NCBI GenBank assembly: GCA_046052125.1 | Contig: JBJOMY010000004.1 | Span: 96,001-160,000, forward strand | Source: Cyanobacteriota bacterium | GTDB lineage: Bacteria; Cyanobacteriota; Cyanobacteriia; PCC-6307; Cyanobiaceae | Length of the DNA stretch: 64,000 bases | Direction of reading: 5' to 3' | Shown: positions 60,429 to 64,000 of the stretch, piece after piece | How positions within the stretch are numbered: position 1 is the stretch's first letter | Layout of the letters: every line of letters starts with the position of its first letter | Program-made: the position numbers and the translations under genes | The notes under the pieces: generated by a model | Told to the model about the DNA's origin: nothing | The model's database searches: none | The model's input: the letters and a program-made list of their open reading frames with translations, nothing else

Positions 60429-61046
60429 CTACACCTGCCGCCAAACGGCGACGAGTTTTCCCTGCACCGCCACCTGTTCGGCGTCGAGCAGGATCGGTTC
60501 ATAGGCGGGGTTGGCTGCCTCGAGGCGCACCTGGCGGCCATCGCGGTGAAAGTGCTTGAGCGTGGTGCCGCTACCGGGCACCAGGGCGCTCACGATCGTG
60601 CCGTTGCGCAGCCGGCTTGGCTCCAGCACCGGTTCCATCAGCACCACGTCGCCATCGGCGATGTGGGCATCCACCATCGAATCGCCATTCACGGTGAGGG
60701 CGAACAGGCCGCGGGTTTCCAGCACGGGCGCCAGATCGAGGCGATCGCTCACGTCGTCGAAGGTTTCCACCAGCCCGCCGGCGGCCACGGCGCCCAGCAC
60801 GGGGATGCCTGGGGTGAGTGCGCCCAGGAGCTGCAGGGTGCGGGCTTGGCCTTCCTGCCAGGTGATCCAGCCCTTCTGCTGCAAGTGCCGTAAACGGCTC
60901 TGCACCGGAGCCGGGGAGCGCAGCCCCATGGCTTCCATCATCTGGCGGATGGAGGGGCTGTGGCGGTGTTGGCCGATGAAGCTCGCTAGCCAGTCGTACA
61001 GCTCCTGCTGGGCTGGGGTGAGCGGTTCAGGAGATCCTGCGGGCAC
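60429..61046 (-). CDS. lexA: LexA repressor
   Basis: LTPAQQ...SPSIRQMM..MGLRSPAP wHTH, AAG cleavage site, catalytic S (GDSM) and K (TLKH). Confidence 0.95.
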   Translation of the reverse strand: MPAGSPEPLTPAQQELYDWLASFIGQHRHSPSIRQMMEAMGLRSPAPVQSRLRHLQQKGWITWQEGQARTLQLLGALTPGIPVLGAVAAGGLVETFDDVSDRLDLAPVLETRGLFALTVNGDSMVDAHIADGDVVLMEPVLEPSRLRNGTIVSALVPGSGTTLKHFHRDGRQVRLEAANPAYEPILLDAEQVAVQGKLVAVWRQV

Positions 61047-61066
61047 CGGCGATGCGGATGGCTGTC

Positions 61067-61080
61067 AATACATTTGTACC
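61067..61080 (-). promoter_or_regulatory. LexA box (autoregulatory)
   Basis: Minus strand GGTACAAATGTATT, one mismatch to the cyanobacterial RGTAC-NNN-DGTWCB consensus, 20 nt upstream of the lexA start. Confidence 0.75.
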
Positions 61081-61135
61081 GTTCGCCTGTTCGCTTGGCA
61101 AGCCTTGAAGTGTGTGTTGCTCTCAGGGCGTGGGC

Positions 61136-62086
61136 TCAGACGCCGCCCAGGAGTGCCGCCAGCAGTGCCTGTTGCGCATGAAGGCGGTTTTCGGCCTGAT
61201 CAAAGATGCGAGTGCTGCTGCCTTCCATGGCGCCGGCACTGATTTCCAGGCCGCGATAGGCGGGCAGGCAGTGCAACACGATCGCCCGGGGATCGGCTTC
61301 GGCTACGAGCTCTTCATTGAGGCACCAGCCACTGAAGGCGGCTTCGCGGGCTGCTTTCTCGTCTTCCTGGCCCATGGAGGCCCACACATCGGTGTAGAGG
61401 GCGTGGGCGCCACGCACGGAAGCAACCGGCTCGTGCACTACCTCGATGCTGCAGCGCGTGCCTGCCAGCTGGCGGGATTGCTCCAACACCGTGGCGTCCG
61501 GTTCATACCCCTGGGGGCAGCCAACCCGCACGTTCACCCCCAGCAGGGCGCCGCAGAGCATCAAGGAGTGGGCCACGTTGTTGCCATCACCCACATAGGC
61601 CAGGGTGAGTCCATCCAGTTCGCCGAAGGCTTCCTGCAGGGTGAGGTAGTCGGCCAGGGCCTGACAGGGGTGCTCGAGATCGGTGAGGGCGTTGATCACC
61701 GGGATCGAGGCCCAATGGGCGTACTCCGCCAGCTCCTCTTGGGCAAAGGTGCGGATCGCCAGGGCATCCACGTAACGGCTGAGCACGCGGGCGGTGTCAG
61801 CCACCGGCTCACCGCGACCAACCTGGCTGACCTGGGGATTGAGGTCGATGGTCTGGCCTCCCAGCCGGGCCATCGCCACCGTGAAACTCACCCGGGTGCG
61901 GGTGGAGGCCTTGCTGAAGATCAGGCCGAGGCTGCGGCCACCGAGATCGATGCGGGTTCGGCCCGCCTTGAGATCGGCCGCCAGCTGGAGCAGAGCTGTG
62001 GTCTGCTCAGCAGTGGTGTCGGTGGAGGAGAGAAAGTCGCGCCCTTTCAGCTCCGCCAAGGCTGGGTAGCCGCTGCTGGCAGCCAT
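61136..62086 (-). CDS. argF: Ornithine carbamoyltransferase
   Basis: KASTRTR, HPCQALAD, DVWASMG, HCLP, AENRLH. Confidence 0.97.
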   Translation of the reverse strand: MAASSGYPALAELKGRDFLSSTDTTAEQTTALLQLAADLKAGRTRIDLGGRSLGLIFSKASTRTRVSFTVAMARLGGQTIDLNPQVSQVGRGEPVADTARVLSRYVDALAIRTFAQEELAEYAHWASIPVINALTDLEHPCQALADYLTLQEAFGELDGLTLAYVGDGNNVAHSLMLCGALLGVNVRVGCPQGYEPDATVLEQSRQLAGTRCSIEVVHEPVASVRGAHALYTDVWASMGQEDEKAAREAAFSGWCLNEELVAEADPRAIVLHCLPAYRGLEISAGAMEGSSTRIFDQAENRLHAQQALLAALLGGV

Positions 62087-62147
62087 CGGCCTTTCTTCAA
62101 AGAACCCTTATCCGGGATCAAGGGCCCCGCCGTCAAGGCCTTGGCCT

Positions 62148-64000
62148 TCAGGCGATGGCCACTGCCTCCTCCGGCATCACGCTGCTGGCCAGCAGGTTCT
62201 TGAGATCGTCGCCCTCGATCACCTCTTTTTCGAGGATCTGCTGGGAGATGCTCTCCAGCAACTCACGGTTGTGGTTGAGGATCGAGAGGGCCCGGTCGTG
62301 GGCGCGATCCACGAGGGTGCGCACCTCCTTGTCGATCGCCTGAGCGGTGGCATCGCTCACCACCCGTCGCGGGTTGTTGCCGCCGCCGAGGAAGCGGCTG
62401 CCGCCTTGCTTGTCGTAGGCGAGGGGGCCGAGCACATCACTCATGCCGTAGGTGCCCACCATCTGCTCGGCGATGTCGGTGGCGCGCTGCAGGTCATTGG
62501 CAGCGCCGGTGGTCACCGCTCCAAACACGATCTCTTCGGCGCTGCGGCCGCCGAGCAGGGTGGCGATCTGACCTTCCAGGTCTTCTTTGGAGTTGAGGAA
62601 GCGCTCCTCGGTGGGCAGCTGCAGGGTGTAGCCCAGCGCTGCCATGCCGCGGGGCACGATCGAGATCTTCGCCACCTTGCTGCCGCCAGGCATCAGGTGG
62701 CCAACGATGGCGTGGCCCACTTCGTGATAAGCCACCACCTTCTTCTCATCGGGTTGCAGCACCCGGCTCTTCTTCTCCAGGCCGGCCACCACGCGCTCGA
62801 TAGCCTCATTGAGATCGCCCTGTTCCACGGCGGTGCGCTTAGCCCGGGCCGCCAGCAATGCCGCTTCGTTCACCAGGTTGGCCAGGTCGGCGCCCGAAAA
62901 GCCGCTCGTGGCCTGGGCGAGCTTGTCGAGATCTACGCCCGGGGCCAGCTTCACCTTGCGGGCATAGATGTCCAGGATCGTCTTACGGCCGGAGAGGTCG
63001 GGGCGATCCACCAGCACCTGCCGGTCGAAGCGGCCGGGGCGCAGCAGAGCGGCGTCGAGAGTCTCGGGCTGGTTGGTGGCGGCCAGCACGATCACCGGTT
63101 TGTCCTTGGCGGCAAAGCCGTCCATCTCGGTGAGCAGCTGGTTGAGGGTCTGCTCGCGTTCGTCGTTACCGCCCACCACGCCCATCGAGCCGGCGCGGCT
63201 CTTACCGATGGCATCGAGTTCATCGATGAAAATGATGCAGGGAGCTTTCTTCTTGGCTTCTTCAAACAGATCGCGCACGCGAGCTGCGCCAGCTCCCACA
63301 AACAGCTCAACGAATTCCGAGCCGCTGATGATGAAGAAGGGCACGCCCGCTTCACCGGCCACGGCTTTGGAGAGCAGGGTTTTGCCGGTGCCGGGAGGGC
63401 CCACCAGCAGAACGCCCTTGGGGATACGTGCACCGATCGCGGTGTAGCGCTCAGGTGTCTTGAGGAAGTCGACGATCTCAGTGAGTTCCTGCTTGGCCTC
63501 ATCCACGCCGGCCACATCGGCGAAGGTGACGCGGGATTCCTCATCGGGCACGTACACCTTGGCCTTGCTCTTGGTGAAGCTCAGCGCGCCTTGGGCGCCG
63601 CCCATGGAACGACGGGCGAAGAACTGCAGCACAAGGATGAAGATCAATGGCGGCACGATCCAGCTCAGGGCCGTGGTGATGAAGCTGGGCTTCTGGGGTG
63701 GTGCCGCGGCGAATTCCACGCCGTGCTCCTCGAGCCGCTTCGGCAGATCCATGTCGAAGATCGGCGTGGTGGCCAGCACACTTGGGGCGCCTTCCGCCGG
63801 CGCCTCTTTCAGCTCGTAGCGGATCTGTTCTTGGGTGATGTAGGCGCGGCGTACGTTGCCGTCATCCACCTGACTCACAAACAGCGAGTAGGGAACGCGA
63901 GGCACCTGCTGCATGCCCTGATTCGGCAGGAAGCTGCTCACCAGCAGCAGCACCCCGAAGCCGATCAGCACCAAGTTCACGATGCCGAACCGGCGGTTCG
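62148..64000 (-). CDS. ftsH: ATP-dependent zinc metalloprotease FtsH (5' end outside window)
   Basis: [28 protein letters not shown]; reading frame stays open to the window edge. Confidence 0.97.
   Translation of the reverse strand, partial: NRRFGIVNLVLIGFGVLLLVSSFLPNQGMQQVPRVPYSLFVSQVDDGNVRRAYITQEQIRYELKEAPAEGAPSVLATTPIFDMDLPKRLEEHGVEFAAAPPQKPSFITTALSWIVPPLIFILVLQFFARRSMGGAQGALSFTKSKAKVYVPDEESRVTFADVAGVDEAKQELTEIVDFLKTPERYTAIGARIPKGVLLVGPPGTGKTLLSKAVAGEAGVPFFIISGSEFVELFVGAGAARVRDLFEEAKKKAPCIIFIDELDAIGKSRAGSMGVVGGNDEREQTLNQLLTEMDGFAAKDKPVIVLAATNQPETLDAALLRPGRFDRQVLVDRPDLSGRKTILDIYARKVKLAPGVDLDKLAQATSGFSGADLANLVNEAALLAARAKRTAVEQGDLNEAIERVVAGLEKKSRVLQPDEKKVVAYHEVGHAIVGHLMPGGSKVAKISIVPRGMAALGYTLQLPTEERFLNSKEDLEGQIATLLGGRSAEEIVFGAVTTGAANDLQRATDIAEQMVGTYGMSDVLGPLAYDKQGGSRFLGGGNNPRRVVSDATAQAIDKEVRTLVDRAHDRALSILNHNRELLESISQQILEKEVIEGDDLKNLLASSVMPEEAVAIA

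Noticed and set aside
1..64000. Many long antisense or alternate-frame ORFs (e.g. 1923-3005, 9494-10699, 33591-34727, 34883-36115, 54747-55931, 61112-62203)
   Set aside because: They shadow well-supported genes, carry no recognisable motifs, and are expected in high-GC DNA with few stop codons
1..64000. CRISPR array or anti-phage defence operon
   Set aside because: No regularly spaced repeats and no recognisable cas, restriction-modification or other defence genes

Overview
GC-rich, gene-dense chromosomal window from a picocyanobacterium of the Cyanobium/Synechococcus type, judged from psbV, petF, kaiABC, nblS and ftrV. It is mostly core genome: gpmI (partial), pyrR, rpoZ, murD, serA, prmA, rnz, truB, rplU-rpmA, purD, purC-bamA-lpxC-fabZ-lpxA-lpxB-msrA, pepA, tyrS, pyrF, deoC-recO, hpf, lipB, aas, pdhC-queA, sodB, lnt, lexA, argF and ftsH (partial), plus tRNA-Val(GAC) and tRNA-Ala(GGC). 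I see no integrase, transposase, prophage or CRISPR array. The strongest element missing from the ORF track lies 3' of tRNA-Ala: an NtcA-like site, a glutamine-II (Downstream-peptide) riboswitch-like RNA and a 33-aa basic peptide, facing a secreted HExxH protein. Other notable items are a Coq4-motif protein and a Tat-exported beta-carbonic anhydrase flanking pyrF, a DnaA-box-like cluster at about 6.1-6.4 kb, a long structured rplU leader, and a LuxR regulator with a degenerate receiver upstream of a HhH/GIY-YIG pair. All calls come from reading the sequence and recalling family motifs; no database searches were run.
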